From: a virus
Length of the DNA: 64,000 nt
IMG/VR virus record: IMGVR_UViG_3300037791_000006
Coordinates: 2,530 to 66,529 of that record
Strand: one strand, 5' to 3'
Positions 29,250-39,081 of this stretch are shown here, piece by piece; positions within the stretch are counted from its first letter, which is position 1; every line of letters begins with the position of its first letter. A program made the position numbers and the translations under genes. The notes beneath the pieces are model-generated. The model had not been told where the DNA came from and did not search any database. It was given only the letters and a program-made list of their open reading frames with translations.

Positions 29250-29665
29250 TGGCCGGGTGGCGTGAGAAAAAGGCGCGGGCACTCGCTAAAGTCCACGCCA
29301 CCTTTGAAGTCCCTGCGGTGTATCTGACTCACGCCGCAGGGACTCCTTTGCGTCTCATGATCCGCGTGCATACGAAGACGCGGAGGATCGAAAACGAGTT
29401 TACATGGCCGAACGCTCCCGGTTTCACCGACATCGAACCGACCCTGGTATTTCGCCAGTCGGACATGCCGCACGGCAAGGTGTTGCAGGAGTCGTTCGTC
29501 TTTGTGAGTGCGTCGGAGATCTACCGTGTCGGACCCAGCGAACCGGCACAGGACGGATTCATCCGCGCGAGCGTGGTCCCCGCCCGCGATGAGGACGTGG
29601 ACGAAGTGGTCGCAGATTATGTCAGTGACGGCTTCGGTGCTGAGTGGGACGGCATCTACCCATGA
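29249..29665 (+). CDS. head-tail joining protein
   Basis: synteny; TAATG overlap. Confidence 0.65.
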   Translation: MAGWREKKARALAKVHATFEVPAVYLTHAAGTPLRLMIRVHTKTRRIENEFTWPNAPGFTDIEPTLVFRQSDMPHGKVLQESFVFVSASEIYRVGPSEPAQDGFIRASVVPARDEDVDEVVADYVSDGFGAEWDGIYP

Positions 29666-30285
29666 ACACGCAGCTCTACATAGCGATCGAGGGACTCGAG
29701 GGCCTTTCCCATATCCCCGAGTTCACCCCGAAGGTGGAAAAGGCACTGGTGCAGGCCCTTAACCGCACTGCCGACCGGGGGCGCACATCCGCCGACAAAC
29801 GCATCCGCGAACAGGTGAATTTCCCGGCCTCCTACCTGCGCCCCAGCCAAGGGCGGTTGAAGGTCATTCAGCGCGCGGGCAAAGGGCATTTTGAGGCGAG
29901 AATCCGGGGTCGCGACCGCACGACATCCCTCGCCCGTTTCTCGCGGCAGAAATACCTCGGCGGGGGAAATCGCCGTCACGCAGGCGGCGGGGTGCGGGTG
30001 TCTGTCAAGAAAGGTGGGCCGCAGCGGATGATCCAGCGGGCCTTCATCATGAAGCTGCGCAACAACAACCTCGGTCTCGCAGTGAGGACGGACGGCAGCA
30101 AGCCCAAGGGGGCCTTCAAGCCGAAGGAAATCGGGAAAGGGCTGTGGCTTCTCTACGGCCCCAGTATCGACCAAGTGCTTAGTGCCGCCACTGACGGCGA
30201 CGGCGTGGTCGAGGAAATGACGCCCGAGACCCTGGAATTCCTTGAGTCCGAATTCGAACGCAACCTTCAACGAATGGGACTGTGA
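29662..30285 (+). CDS. neck/minor tail protein (Z-like)
   Basis: ALNRTA...LYGPSIDQV. Confidence 0.7.
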   Translation: MNTQLYIAIEGLEGLSHIPEFTPKVEKALVQALNRTADRGRTSADKRIREQVNFPASYLRPSQGRLKVIQRAGKGHFEARIRGRDRTTSLARFSRQKYLGGGNRRHAGGGVRVSVKKGGPQRMIQRAFIMKLRNNNLGLAVRTDGSKPKGAFKPKEIGKGLWLLYGPSIDQVLSAATDGDGVVEEMTPETLEFLESEFERNLQRMGL

Positions 30286-30827
30286 TGCCGACATACACCC
30301 ACGACGACCCCTTCCGCCTGCGCGTCCAGAAGGCGATGGGCAGCCTCATCAAAGGCGTCACCCCTGCCAACGGCTATCGCTTCGACCTGTCCGATTTCGC
30401 AGATGAGGCCGGGCGGCCTCGGCGCCGCGTGTTCCGCGGGCGCGATGACTTTGGCTCGAACGATCCCTTGCCAATGGTGGCCATCCTCGAAGACCCGCGT
30501 GCAATGGATGCCGAAAACGGGTCCGAGGGTTCCAGTGCCACCAAGGGGCGCTACCGCCTTTTCGTCCAGGGCTTCGTGAAAGATGACCACGAGAATCCCA
30601 CTGATCCGGCCCATCGCCTTGCCGCAGAAGTGATCTGCGCACTGGTGGAAGGCAAGCGGGATGATCGCAATATTCTCGGCATGGGGCACAAGAAGCCTTG
30701 TGTCACGGAAATGACCATCGGTCAGCCGGTGGTTCGACCCGCAGACAACGAGACCAGTTCGGTCGCCTTCTTCTTCGTGGCGGTGACCCTGCAACTTGTC
30801 GAGGATTTGGAAGACCCCTTTTCTTAG
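30285..30827 (+). CDS. tail terminator protein
   Basis: TPANGY, RVFRGR; before the tail tube gene. Confidence 0.7.
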   Translation: MPTYTHDDPFRLRVQKAMGSLIKGVTPANGYRFDLSDFADEAGRPRRRVFRGRDDFGSNDPLPMVAILEDPRAMDAENGSEGSSATKGRYRLFVQGFVKDDHENPTDPAHRLAAEVICALVEGKRDDRNILGMGHKKPCVTEMTIGQPVVRPADNETSSVAFFFVAVTLQLVEDLEDPFS

Positions 30828-30874
30828 GGATTGAATCACGTTATACGTGAGAAACACGCAAGGAGTGAATACCA

Positions 30875-31654
30875 ATGGCGGACAACGATTATCTTACCCT
30901 GGGGCGCGGCAAGGTCTACTTCGACCAGTTCAAGCCCGGCACCAAGGAAACCAGCGGGGCACTGTTCCTGGGCAACTGCACCGAGTTCAACCTCAACGTG
31001 GACTTCGAAGAACTGACCCACATGGACTCGACTGGCGGCTTCAAAGAAGAAGATGCCAACGCAATCACTTCCCGCACGGTCGGCGGGGCCATCACGTTCG
31101 ACAAGATGAAGCCGCGCAACCTCGCCTATTTCTTCATGGGCACCAGCACGATCCTTTCGCAATCCTCCGGGTCCAGCACGAAGGAAACCTTCACGGGTGT
31201 CGTTCTGGGTGCCCGCTACCAACTTGGCGTGAGCAATGCGGCACCGACCGGCGTCCGTTCCGTTTCCAACGTGGTTGTCGAGGACCAGGGCGGCACTGGT
31301 TCCACCTACACCCTGAACACCGACTACACGGTGGATGCTGAACGCGGCATTGTGACGATCCTTGAAACAGGGACCATTGCTGCCGACGCCGACCTGGACA
31401 TCACCTATGACAATGGTGCCACGTCCCGCACGCAGGTGATTTCCGGTCAGGCGCAGATCGAAGGTGCCATTCGCTTCGAGGCAGACAACCCGGAAGGCAA
31501 GGACATCGACTACCTCCTGCCCTACGTCAAACTGCGCCCGAACGGCGACCTCGCCCTGATCGGCGACGACTGGATGCAGGCATCGTTGAACGTCAAGGCC
31601 CTGCGGCTCCCCGACCGTTCGACCGTCTACGCCGACGGTCAGCCTTACGTCTGA
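30875..31654 (+). CDS. major tail tube protein
   Basis: LGRGKVYF...LGNC, DNPEG, PNGDLAL. Confidence 0.8.
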   Translation: MADNDYLTLGRGKVYFDQFKPGTKETSGALFLGNCTEFNLNVDFEELTHMDSTGGFKEEDANAITSRTVGGAITFDKMKPRNLAYFFMGTSTILSQSSGSSTKETFTGVVLGARYQLGVSNAAPTGVRSVSNVVVEDQGGTGSTYTLNTDYTVDAERGIVTILETGTIAADADLDITYDNGATSRTQVISGQAQIEGAIRFEADNPEGKDIDYLLPYVKLRPNGDLALIGDDWMQASLNVKALRLPDRSTVYADGQPYV

Positions 31655-31672
31655 TAAGGGAGGGACAGGAGG

Positions 31673-32113
31673 ATGAGCCTCAAAGGCTATAAAGTCCCGA
31701 CCGAACAGGTTGTCACCAAGAGCGCGGACGGTGAGGTCACTCATACCGTCCGCGGCCTCGGGGCGGAAGCTGTATCGGCACTCGTCCGTTCGCAAGGCCC
31801 TGCTATGCGCGAGCTCTACGCCCGTGCGCTCAAGGGTGATTTCACCGAAATGGACATCGAAGCCCTTCTCGGGGTGATCCTTGATGAAGCGCCGCTTCTG
31901 GTGGCTCTGACCATTGCGTTTGGCCTTGATGAGCCGGACGAATGGTCGGTCGCCGCAGAACTTCCCTTCGAAGATCAAGTGATCCTCGTGGACGCCATCG
32001 TGCGCCTAACCTTCGCTCGTGAGGGTGGCGCAAAAAAGGTGGCGGAGATCATCAAGGGGGCAATGGTGCGCGCGGTCGCGGCCAATCCCCTGCAACCCTC
32101 AGCGAATGGCTAA
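31673..32113 (+). CDS. tail assembly chaperone G
   Basis: position before the tape measure; slippery site. Confidence 0.75.
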   Translation: MSLKGYKVPTEQVVTKSADGEVTHTVRGLGAEAVSALVRSQGPAMRELYARALKGDFTEMDIEALLGVILDEAPLLVALTIAFGLDEPDEWSVAAELPFEDQVILVDAIVRLTFAREGGAKKVAEIIKGAMVRAVAANPLQPSANG

Positions 32114-32361
32114 AGGACATCCGCCGCCAAGTGAGTTTGCTCATGGCGGCGGGTCACCCGGAAGCAAGAGACTATCCGCTGGGACTATTGTTTGACGAAG
32201 CCGAATTGGTGTCAGAGAGGAAAAATCACGACATGGCTACCATTGCGCTTCTGACAGACTTGGCGATCTCCAAACAGCCGAACCAAATGGTGAAGCACCA
32301 ATCGACCGCGAAAACCGCACGCCGTTTCAATGACCTGATTAAAAAGCTGACAGGTGGGTAA
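32032..32361 (+). CDS. tail assembly chaperone GT extension via -1 frameshift at A AAA AAG (32032-32038)
   Basis: the -1 frame is open from the slippery site into ORF 32131-32361. Confidence 0.7.
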   Translation, partial: KKGGGDHQGGNGARGRGQSPATLSEWLKDIRRQVSLLMAAGHPEARDYPLGLLFDEAELVSERKNHDMATIALLTDLAISKQPNQMVKHQSTAKTARRFNDLIKKLTGG

Positions 32362-35300
32362 TGGCGACACGCGAGCGCAGCCTTGAAATTGCGATCAAGG
32401 CACGGGACGAATACAGCAAGAAGCTGAAAGCAGCACAGGCGGACTTCAACAAGTTCGCCGATGCCCAGAACGCAGCGAGCCGGAACCGCAAGGCCCAGGT
32501 TGACGCGCTGCAAGGTATCCGTGCGCAGCGCAAAGCCTATCAGGACGCCACCAACGACGTAGCGAAGTTCAAGCGCGCAGTCTCCGGTATCGACGCGAAC
32601 GGCCCCCTCTCACAAGAGGACGCTGAATTCTTCTCGCGGATGGGACACGGAATCGCGATCTCCGTGAAGCGAGCGCAGGAGGCAAAGCGATCTCTCGCGG
32701 AGTATCGCGAGGAATTACATCGCCTTCGCGGCGTGAAGCAAGGGGACATGCAGACCTCGTTGCGCCGGGCTGATGCGATTGAGCAAGAAGCTGCGGCAAC
32801 GCGCAACGCCGCCGCAGAGCAACGGAAACTGGTGGACGAGCAGCGTAATGCTCGCGTGACTCAATTCGGCCCCGCCGTTGGGCCTGCACGTCTGCAAGCG
32901 GCCGGAAACTTCGATCCGACCGGAAGCGCAAAACGGGACGCGCTCTTGGGAGTTCGCGCCGCTCGCGCAACCCTGGCAGCAGCCCAACGTGAAGCGCAAG
33001 AATACGGTAAGGCTCTCAAGCAGATGCGCAATGACGCGGGGGCCTCTGAGACCGCAATCGCCAAGTTGAACGCTGAGTTCGAGCGATCCCGCGCCGCCGT
33101 AACCAAGTCCAAGGCCGCATTGCTCGAAAAGCAGGCTACCTTGCACAAACTCAAGGGCGCCACCCAAAGCAACTTCGCCGACTCCATCCGTCATGCTGAC
33201 GCAATGGAGCGCGAAGCCATGGAGGCCCGCCAACTTGGCGAGGCGGTGGAAACCACCACGGTCAAACTGCGCCGCGTGTCCGGCGGGGCCGAAAGTTCGG
33301 AAGCGGCGCAGCGTCGGCTTGCTAGGGAAATTCGGGGCACCACAGCACAGATGCGCGCCCAAGCAAAGGTTGCAGGGGAGACCGCTCGCAAGGAACTGGC
33401 CGCATATCGCGCCAGCATCAACGAAGCCGGTCACGGAAATGTAGTCGCCCGCAAAGGTTTGGTGGACCGCATCGTCGGCTCGTGGGGAACACAGCATGGG
33501 CGCGGCCCGCTCGGCCTTCGCCCTTATGAGCTGACCAACCTGTCGTATCAGGTGAACGACGTGATTTCCGGTCTCGCCATGGGTCAGGCGCCCATGCAGG
33601 TGTTCGCACAGCAAGCAGGTCAGATCATTCAGATCTTCCCGAAGATGGCGGCGGCGATCCTGCGCCTCGTCCCCGCAATTGCAGTCATGACGCCGTTCGC
33701 CCTCGCACTCGCCCGCATCGGACAGGAGACCAGTCGCCTCTCAGCGATCCAACGCGACCTCGACCTTATGGCCCAAGGCTTTGCCTACGACGCCCGAGAG
33801 ATCAAAGCTGCGGCAGACGATATTGATGACGCAGGCGCTTCCTTCAAGGACGCCCATGCTGCGATGAAAGCCTTCCTCGGTGAGAATATCGGCGGCGACC
33901 TCTTGGCACCGCTCGGGAACGCCGCGCAAAACATGGCCAAGTTGACCGATGGGAAGCTGCCCGAAGTGGCCGAGCGGTTTGCCACTGCATTCGGCAACGG
34001 CATCGAAGGTGTCCGTGAACTGGACCAAGAGATCGGCTTTCTTACCGCAGAGCAATACGAGAACATCCGCGCGATGGCGGAGAGTGGGCAGGAGGCCGAA
34101 GCACTCGCAATCGCCGCAGGCGCACTGGAAGAACGACTGGCCTCTGTGTCGGGCGAACTGGAAGGGATGTCCCTGTTCTTCTATGAGGCAGGACGCGCGT
34201 GGGACGCCTTCATCGGGAACCTTGCCAAGAGCGACATCCTCGTCGGTGTCGCAGCGTCTATCGGCGAAGTAGGGAAACAGCTCGGCCTTTTCGCAGATGG
34301 TCTGAACGACGCCGCATCTGGTGCAAACAAGATCGAGGTCGAGATCGACCCGTCGATGTCGGATGAGGAACTGGACGAGCAGATCGCGAAATTCCAAGAT
34401 GCCGTGAACGCGAACAACCTTCTGGGGTTCTTCAAACCGGCCCTCTCGGCCACCGGACTCGCCGATGACTTCGAAGCCATGCGCGACGATGCAAACGCAC
34501 GGCTCGCCGCTCTCGAAGAAGAACGTCGCCGCCGGGAAAACATTGTTCGTGAGACGAACAACCAGGCGAAGGCCGAGCAAGACATTCAAGGTATCGTTGA
34601 CGAGACCGTGAAATCCCTCGGGAAGCAGGTCGAGCAGTCCAAGCTGACGAGCCGTGAGCGGGAGATACAGAAAGCCCTCGATGAGACACGCGAGGCGGCG
34701 CAGAAGCGGGCCAACGAACTCGGCATCGAATTCCTCGGCCTCACACAGGAACAGACTGCCGCTATCCGCGAGCAAGCGGGTGCGCTCTACGACCGTAACA
34801 ACGCTCTGTCCTCGAAACACTTCGAGAAAGGCTACACGCAGACACGTTTCGCCGGTGGCGGCGCGGCGGCTGACCAAGAGGAGCTTGTTGTTGCAGTCAC
34901 CGAGCTTGCGCGCAAGATGGATTGGTCTGCGAAAGACCTGTTGACCGTGATGTCCTACGAGACCGCGGGCACCTTCGACCCATGGAAAGCCGGACCTACG
35001 ACGCAATGGGGCCAACACCGTGGTCTGATCCAATGGGGTGAGCCGCAGGCCGCACGGTATGGCGTCGATGGGTCCACGTCGGTTTACGATCAAGTGATGG
35101 CGGCCGGCGAATACCTCGTGGACAGCGGGGTCAAGGCTGGTGACGGTCTGCTTCAAATGTATGCTGCGGTGAACGCCGGTGATGCGACCAAGGTTTACGC
35201 GAGCGATGTCAACAACGGCGGCGCACCCGGCACGGTCCTCGACAAAGTGAACGGAATGGGCGACCACGCTGCCCGTGCGGAAGGACTGCTTGCTGCCTAT

Positions 35301-36524
35301 AGCGGTGTTGCCGAACAAACCAAGGCTGCGGCAGACGCCGCTGAGAAGCGCGCCGACGAGGAAGAACGGGCGAGAGAGCGTGCGGAAGCATTCCATGCTT
35401 CACAGGCAGAGTCGCTCGAACTGGCCCAGCTTGAAAACAGCCTCGCGAATGCTACCGCCGAGGATCGCGCGGCTGCGCTTGCCGTCAAGAAGGCTGAAAT
35501 CTCCGCGCAGCGTGCCGGGACCGAGCTCACCGTAGAAGAACGGCGCTTGATCGAAGAAACCGCACGAGAGAAAGCACGGCAGGCAGAGACTTCCAAGGTT
35601 GGGAAACGGGATGAGAAAGAGCGCCGCGAAGCTCTGAAACAGGCGAAGCAACTGGAAGCGGAAATCACGCGCCTCAAAGAGCGTCAGAAGTTCCTCCAGG
35701 AAGAACGCCGATACGCGGCGGATCGCGGGGACTCCGAGACTATCGCCCATATTGACCAAGAGTTGTCCGGTATCAATTCCGAACTGGACACCGCTATCGA
35801 CAAAGCAATCGCCTTTTGGCGCGCACTAGGGGGCGAAGGTTCGGAAGCTGCGATCCAGAAGTTGCAGCACACCCGCAGCGAACTCGGTCGCATGGGTAAA
35901 CAGTCCGTCACAACCGCCGACCAGATGAACGATATGTTCACCGGCGCGATCCTGGGTGGGCTTGAGACCTTCGCACAAGCAATTGCCGAAGGCAAAGGGG
36001 CGACAGAGGCGCTTGGCTTGGCGTTCCGTCAGATGGCGTCGGAGGTTCTTCTTGAACTCGGTCGCATGATCCTCAAGCAGATGATCTTCAATGCCATTAG
36101 CGGGATGTTCGGCGGTGCAGGACTCGGTGGGCAGGTCGCAGGTGCCGTCAACGGCATCTTCTTCCATGACGGCGGGAAGGTCGGCTCCCCTGGCCACGGG
36201 AAAGTGCGCCCTGTGCCGGTCAGCGCGTTTGCATCTGCCGTTCGCTATCATTCCGGCGGCATCGCTGGGTTGAAGCCGAATGAAGTGACGGCGGTCCTCG
36301 AAGAAGGCGAAGAAGTCCTGACCGCGACCGACCCCCGCCACCGGGACAACATCGGCAAAGGTGTCCGACCCAGTGGTGGTGGCGGAATGGGCACCATCAT
36401 CAACGCATTCGATGCCCCGAGCTTCCTTGAGAGCGCGCTCGAATCCTCGGATGGGGGCGAAGTGTTCGTCAACTATGTGCGGGCCAATCGCGACACCATT
36501 GTGAGCATCCTGGAAGGCGGTTAA
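32361..36524 (+). CDS. tape measure protein with lysozyme-like domain
   Basis: 1387 aa, Ala-rich coiled coil, NLSYQVNDV..QQAGQI, MSYET..GLIQW, FHDGG/YHSGG C-terminus. Confidence 0.9.
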   Translation: MATRERSLEIAIKARDEYSKKLKAAQADFNKFADAQNAASRNRKAQVDALQGIRAQRKAYQDATNDVAKFKRAVSGIDANGPLSQEDAEFFSRMGHGIAISVKRAQEAKRSLAEYREELHRLRGVKQGDMQTSLRRADAIEQEAAATRNAAAEQRKLVDEQRNARVTQFGPAVGPARLQAAGNFDPTGSAKRDALLGVRAARATLAAAQREAQEYGKALKQMRNDAGASETAIAKLNAEFERSRAAVTKSKAALLEKQATLHKLKGATQSNFADSIRHADAMEREAMEARQLGEAVETTTVKLRRVSGGAESSEAAQRRLAREIRGTTAQMRAQAKVAGETARKELAAYRASINEAGHGNVVARKGLVDRIVGSWGTQHGRGPLGLRPYELTNLSYQVNDVISGLAMGQAPMQVFAQQAGQIIQIFPKMAAAILRLVPAIAVMTPFALALARIGQETSRLSAIQRDLDLMAQGFAYDAREIKAAADDIDDAGASFKDAHAAMKAFLGENIGGDLLAPLGNAAQNMAKLTDGKLPEVAERFATAFGNGIEGVRELDQEIGFLTAEQYENIRAMAESGQEAEALAIAAGALEERLASVSGELEGMSLFFYEAGRAWDAFIGNLAKSDILVGVAASIGEVGKQLGLFADGLNDAASGANKIEVEIDPSMSDEELDEQIAKFQDAVNANNLLGFFKPALSATGLADDFEAMRDDANARLAALEEERRRRENIVRETNNQAKAEQDIQGIVDETVKSLGKQVEQSKLTSREREIQKALDETREAAQKRANELGIEFLGLTQEQTAAIREQAGALYDRNNALSSKHFEKGYTQTRFAGGGAAADQEELVVAVTELARKMDWSAKDLLTVMSYETAGTFDPWKAGPTTQWGQHRGLIQWGEPQAARYGVDGSTSVYDQVMAAGEYLVDSGVKAGDGLLQMYAAVNAGDATKVYASDVNNGGAPGTVLDKVNGMGDHAARAEGLLAAYSGVAEQTKAAADAAEKRADEEERARERAEAFHASQAESLELAQLENSLANATAEDRAAALAVKKAEISAQRAGTELTVEERRLIEETAREKARQAETSKVGKRDEKERREALKQAKQLEAEITRLKERQKFLQEERRYAADRGDSETIAHIDQELSGINSELDTAIDKAIAFWRALGGEGSEAAIQKLQHTRSELGRMGKQSVTTADQMNDMFTGAILGGLETFAQAIAEGKGATEALGLAFRQMASEVLLELGRMILKQMIFNAISGMFGGAGLGGQVAGAVNGIFFHDGGKVGSPGHGKVRPVPVSAFASAVRYHSGGIAGLKPNEVTAVLEEGEEVLTATDPRHRDNIGKGVRPSGGGGMGTIINAFDAPSFLESALESSDGGEVFVNYVRANRDTIVSILEGG

Positions 36525-36528
36525 GGCG

Positions 36529-37752
36529 ATGGACACGATCTATTCGAAGAACGGTAACGTCATCACACCGCGTCCCAATTGGGCTGCGCCGGTAACAGAG
36601 TCGTTCGAATACCGCACCGAGATTTTCGAGGCGGAGACCGGGGAAGAACGTCGTTCCTCTCAGCGCACCATGCCGCGCATTAGCGTTCAATACCGTGCCG
36701 ATATGTTCGATGAAAGAGCGCGTCAGGCGTTCGAGGAAACGGTGCGCCCCACCGACCGCGAGTTCATCCTACCCTTCCGCTGGCGGCATGTTCGCTTGGC
36801 CTCGCCTGTCAACTCCGGCGCAACGCAGTTCACCTTCGACTCACCCCTGCCCTGGTGGCTTTCGGTCGGCACCAAGTTGGTGCTTGAATCCAGCGATACG
36901 CAAGAGGTCGTGACCGTGGCAAGCGTCACCGGCAGCGCGCCCCCCTTCACTATCGGGGCTTCCGCACCTTTCTCTGGCGACTTCGCTGCGGGCAGTCTCG
37001 TCATGCTTGGTCAGACAGCACGCTACCCTCAGCAAATGGACTACAACAGCATCGTGCGTTCGCACCGCAGAATTGCGCCGACGTTCGAAGTCTTGCCTGA
37101 AAGCCTCTTGGAGTGGGAGACCCCTCCGTATAGCGGAGAAACCTTCAAGGGCCTCGAAGTCCACCGGGGACGGCACAATTGGATCGGCGGTCTCGGAACA
37201 ACCTCCGACGACCGCCGTGAGGTCGTTGATTTCGGGCGCGGCGTTCGCGATGTCACATGGGCGAGGACGCACGTAATCTACACGGAGAAGCGCGTCTACA
37301 CGGCCATGGGGAAGGTCGAAGCTGACGCCCTGGTCCATGTGTTCATGCGCCACCGTGGGATGCGCGTCCCCTTCTGGACTCGGTCCACGCTTAAATCGCT
37401 CCCGCAGCACAGCCACGGTTATTCCGGCACCACTTCCTTGTGGTTCGACGGGACGCCCTTGCGGGCGACGTGGGACAATAATCCCGTGTTCAAATACCTG
37501 TGGGTGGAGTGGCCAGATGGTTCTCGCCAGATCAACCGCGTAACCTCGCGTAACGAAAGCGGTGGTGACGAGCGGTTCATCATGTCAGACCCTTGGGACA
37601 AAGGCATCGACCCCACCACTGAGATCCACTGGGCGGTCCTCGCGCGGTTCGCCACCGATAGACTTTCGCTCGAATGGGTCACCGACGAGCATTGTGAAGC
37701 ATCTCTCCCTGTTCGCTACCTGCATTGCGACTGGGCGGATGACGTTGTGTAG
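36529..37752 (+). CDS. distal tail protein
   Basis: PNWAAPVTESFEYRT; follows the tape measure. Confidence 0.7.
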   Translation: MDTIYSKNGNVITPRPNWAAPVTESFEYRTEIFEAETGEERRSSQRTMPRISVQYRADMFDERARQAFEETVRPTDREFILPFRWRHVRLASPVNSGATQFTFDSPLPWWLSVGTKLVLESSDTQEVVTVASVTGSAPPFTIGASAPFSGDFAAGSLVMLGQTARYPQQMDYNSIVRSHRRIAPTFEVLPESLLEWETPPYSGETFKGLEVHRGRHNWIGGLGTTSDDRREVVDFGRGVRDVTWARTHVIYTEKRVYTAMGKVEADALVHVFMRHRGMRVPFWTRSTLKSLPQHSHGYSGTTSLWFDGTPLRATWDNNPVFKYLWVEWPDGSRQINRVTSRNESGGDERFIMSDPWDKGIDPTTEIHWAVLARFATDRLSLEWVTDEHCEASLPVRYLHCDWADDVV

Positions 37753-37763
37753 GGAGAGAGTTG

Positions 37764-38630
37764 ATGGCCATAAACCCTATGAAGAAATCGCGGTTCGCGG
37801 GGAATTCGGTTGATCTTTTCGAATTCACCTACGGTGAAGGTGAAGGGGACGTTTACCGCTACTGCAATGCGGAGCGACCTGTCGGTCTGTCCGGCGAAAC
37901 CTTCGCCCCATTGGCGATCGAGCGTGACGCAATCACCAAGAAGGCCCGAGAGGCCGGTTCCCCGCTGAACGTCAAAGTTCCGCGGACATCCGAGATTGCG
38001 CAGTTGTTCCAAGGGACGCCCCCTCGCCGCGTGGTTTTCCTGCGCATCTTCGAGGGTGACATCCCGGAATTCGACAGCCCGGCGGAATGGGACTCTGCGA
38101 CTACGATGCACTTGGTTTGGAGCGGGCGTATCCTCGAAGCTACGCATAAGGGGGACGTAACAATCCTCTCTTGTGACACGCTCGGAGCGGGCATGAAGCG
38201 ACCCGGCCTGCGCCGATATTACCAGCGGGAATGCGGACACGTTCTCTACGGCACAAGATGTCAGGCCAACAAAACCTTGGCCACTTTCTCCTATTCCGCG
38301 CGCAACTTCTCCTCGGACCCGCGTAGGGTCCACCTTCCTGCAAACTGGATGGGCGACGATGCGACACGGGCGAACTTCATCGGCGGCCTCCTTGAATGGG
38401 ACGGCCCTGGGGGACGGGAGACTCGAGTCATCAAATCGGTAACGGGCAACTGGATCGACGTGGACTCGCCTGTGACTGGCCTCATTAGCGACTACCAGTC
38501 TGTCGATGTGATCCTTGGCTGCCAACGCACATTGGATGCGTGTGCGATCCTGCACGACAACACCCTGAATTTCGGGGGCCAACCCTTCATCCAGTCCGAC
38601 AATCCCCACGGGCGCAACAACCACACCTAG
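37764..38630 (+). CDS. DUF2163/BR0599-family tail protein
   Basis: CGHVLYGTRC, GCQRTLDAC..N..NFGG. Confidence 0.85.
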   Translation: MAINPMKKSRFAGNSVDLFEFTYGEGEGDVYRYCNAERPVGLSGETFAPLAIERDAITKKAREAGSPLNVKVPRTSEIAQLFQGTPPRRVVFLRIFEGDIPEFDSPAEWDSATTMHLVWSGRILEATHKGDVTILSCDTLGAGMKRPGLRRYYQRECGHVLYGTRCQANKTLATFSYSARNFSSDPRRVHLPANWMGDDATRANFIGGLLEWDGPGGRETRVIKSVTGNWIDVDSPVTGLISDYQSVDVILGCQRTLDACAILHDNTLNFGGQPFIQSDNPHGRNNHT

Positions 38631-38638
38631 GAAGCATC

Positions 38639-38881
38639 ATGGCACTCCCGTTCATCGCACAATTGGTTATCGGCGTCGGTATGCTGATCGGCGGCTATCT
38701 TTTAATGCCGAAGCCCAAGCAACCAAAGCCGCCCTCACTGGACGACTTCAAGGCCCCCACGGTCGATGCTGGGCGCCCAATCCCGAAACTGTTCGGCAGC
38801 AAGACTATCCGTGATCCGAATGCCATTTGGCATGGAGACAAGTCGATCCGAGAACGTCCTGCGGAGACCGATAAGAAATGA
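38639..38881 (+). CDS. small tail assembly protein
   Basis: PTVDAGRPIPKLFGS. Confidence 0.7.
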   Translation: MALPFIAQLVIGVGMLIGGYLLMPKPKQPKPPSLDDFKAPTVDAGRPIPKLFGSKTIRDPNAIWHGDKSIRERPAETDKK

Positions 38882-39078
38882 CCGAGTTTTTGACAGCGCG
38901 GGATTGCTTGCGGGCTAGGTTTTGCGTCCGTGGGATACGCGAGAAGTGCGAAGCTGTGGGGGCGGATTTCCAGGAGTTCGTGCGGAACGGGATACCCCTC
39001 TCCGAGGCAGAGAAAATAGACGACCACCATATTAAACAGGCGGTCGAAGTGGCGAAAAGACGTATCGGGAAAGGCTGA
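38878..39078 (+). CDS. small tail assembly protein
   Basis: FCVRGIR..DFQEFVRNGI; Chi-like synteny. Confidence 0.7.
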   Translation: MTEFLTARDCLRARFCVRGIREKCEAVGADFQEFVRNGIPLSEAEKIDDHHIKQAVEVAKRRIGKG

Positions 39079-39081
39079 AAC

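Noticed and set aside
33741-35396. 551-aa antisense ORF (also 26386-27684, 23690-24907, 27660-28715, 51033-52289)
   Set aside because: Shadow ORFs opposite well-supported genes, expected from high-GC codon bias; no RBS or motifs.
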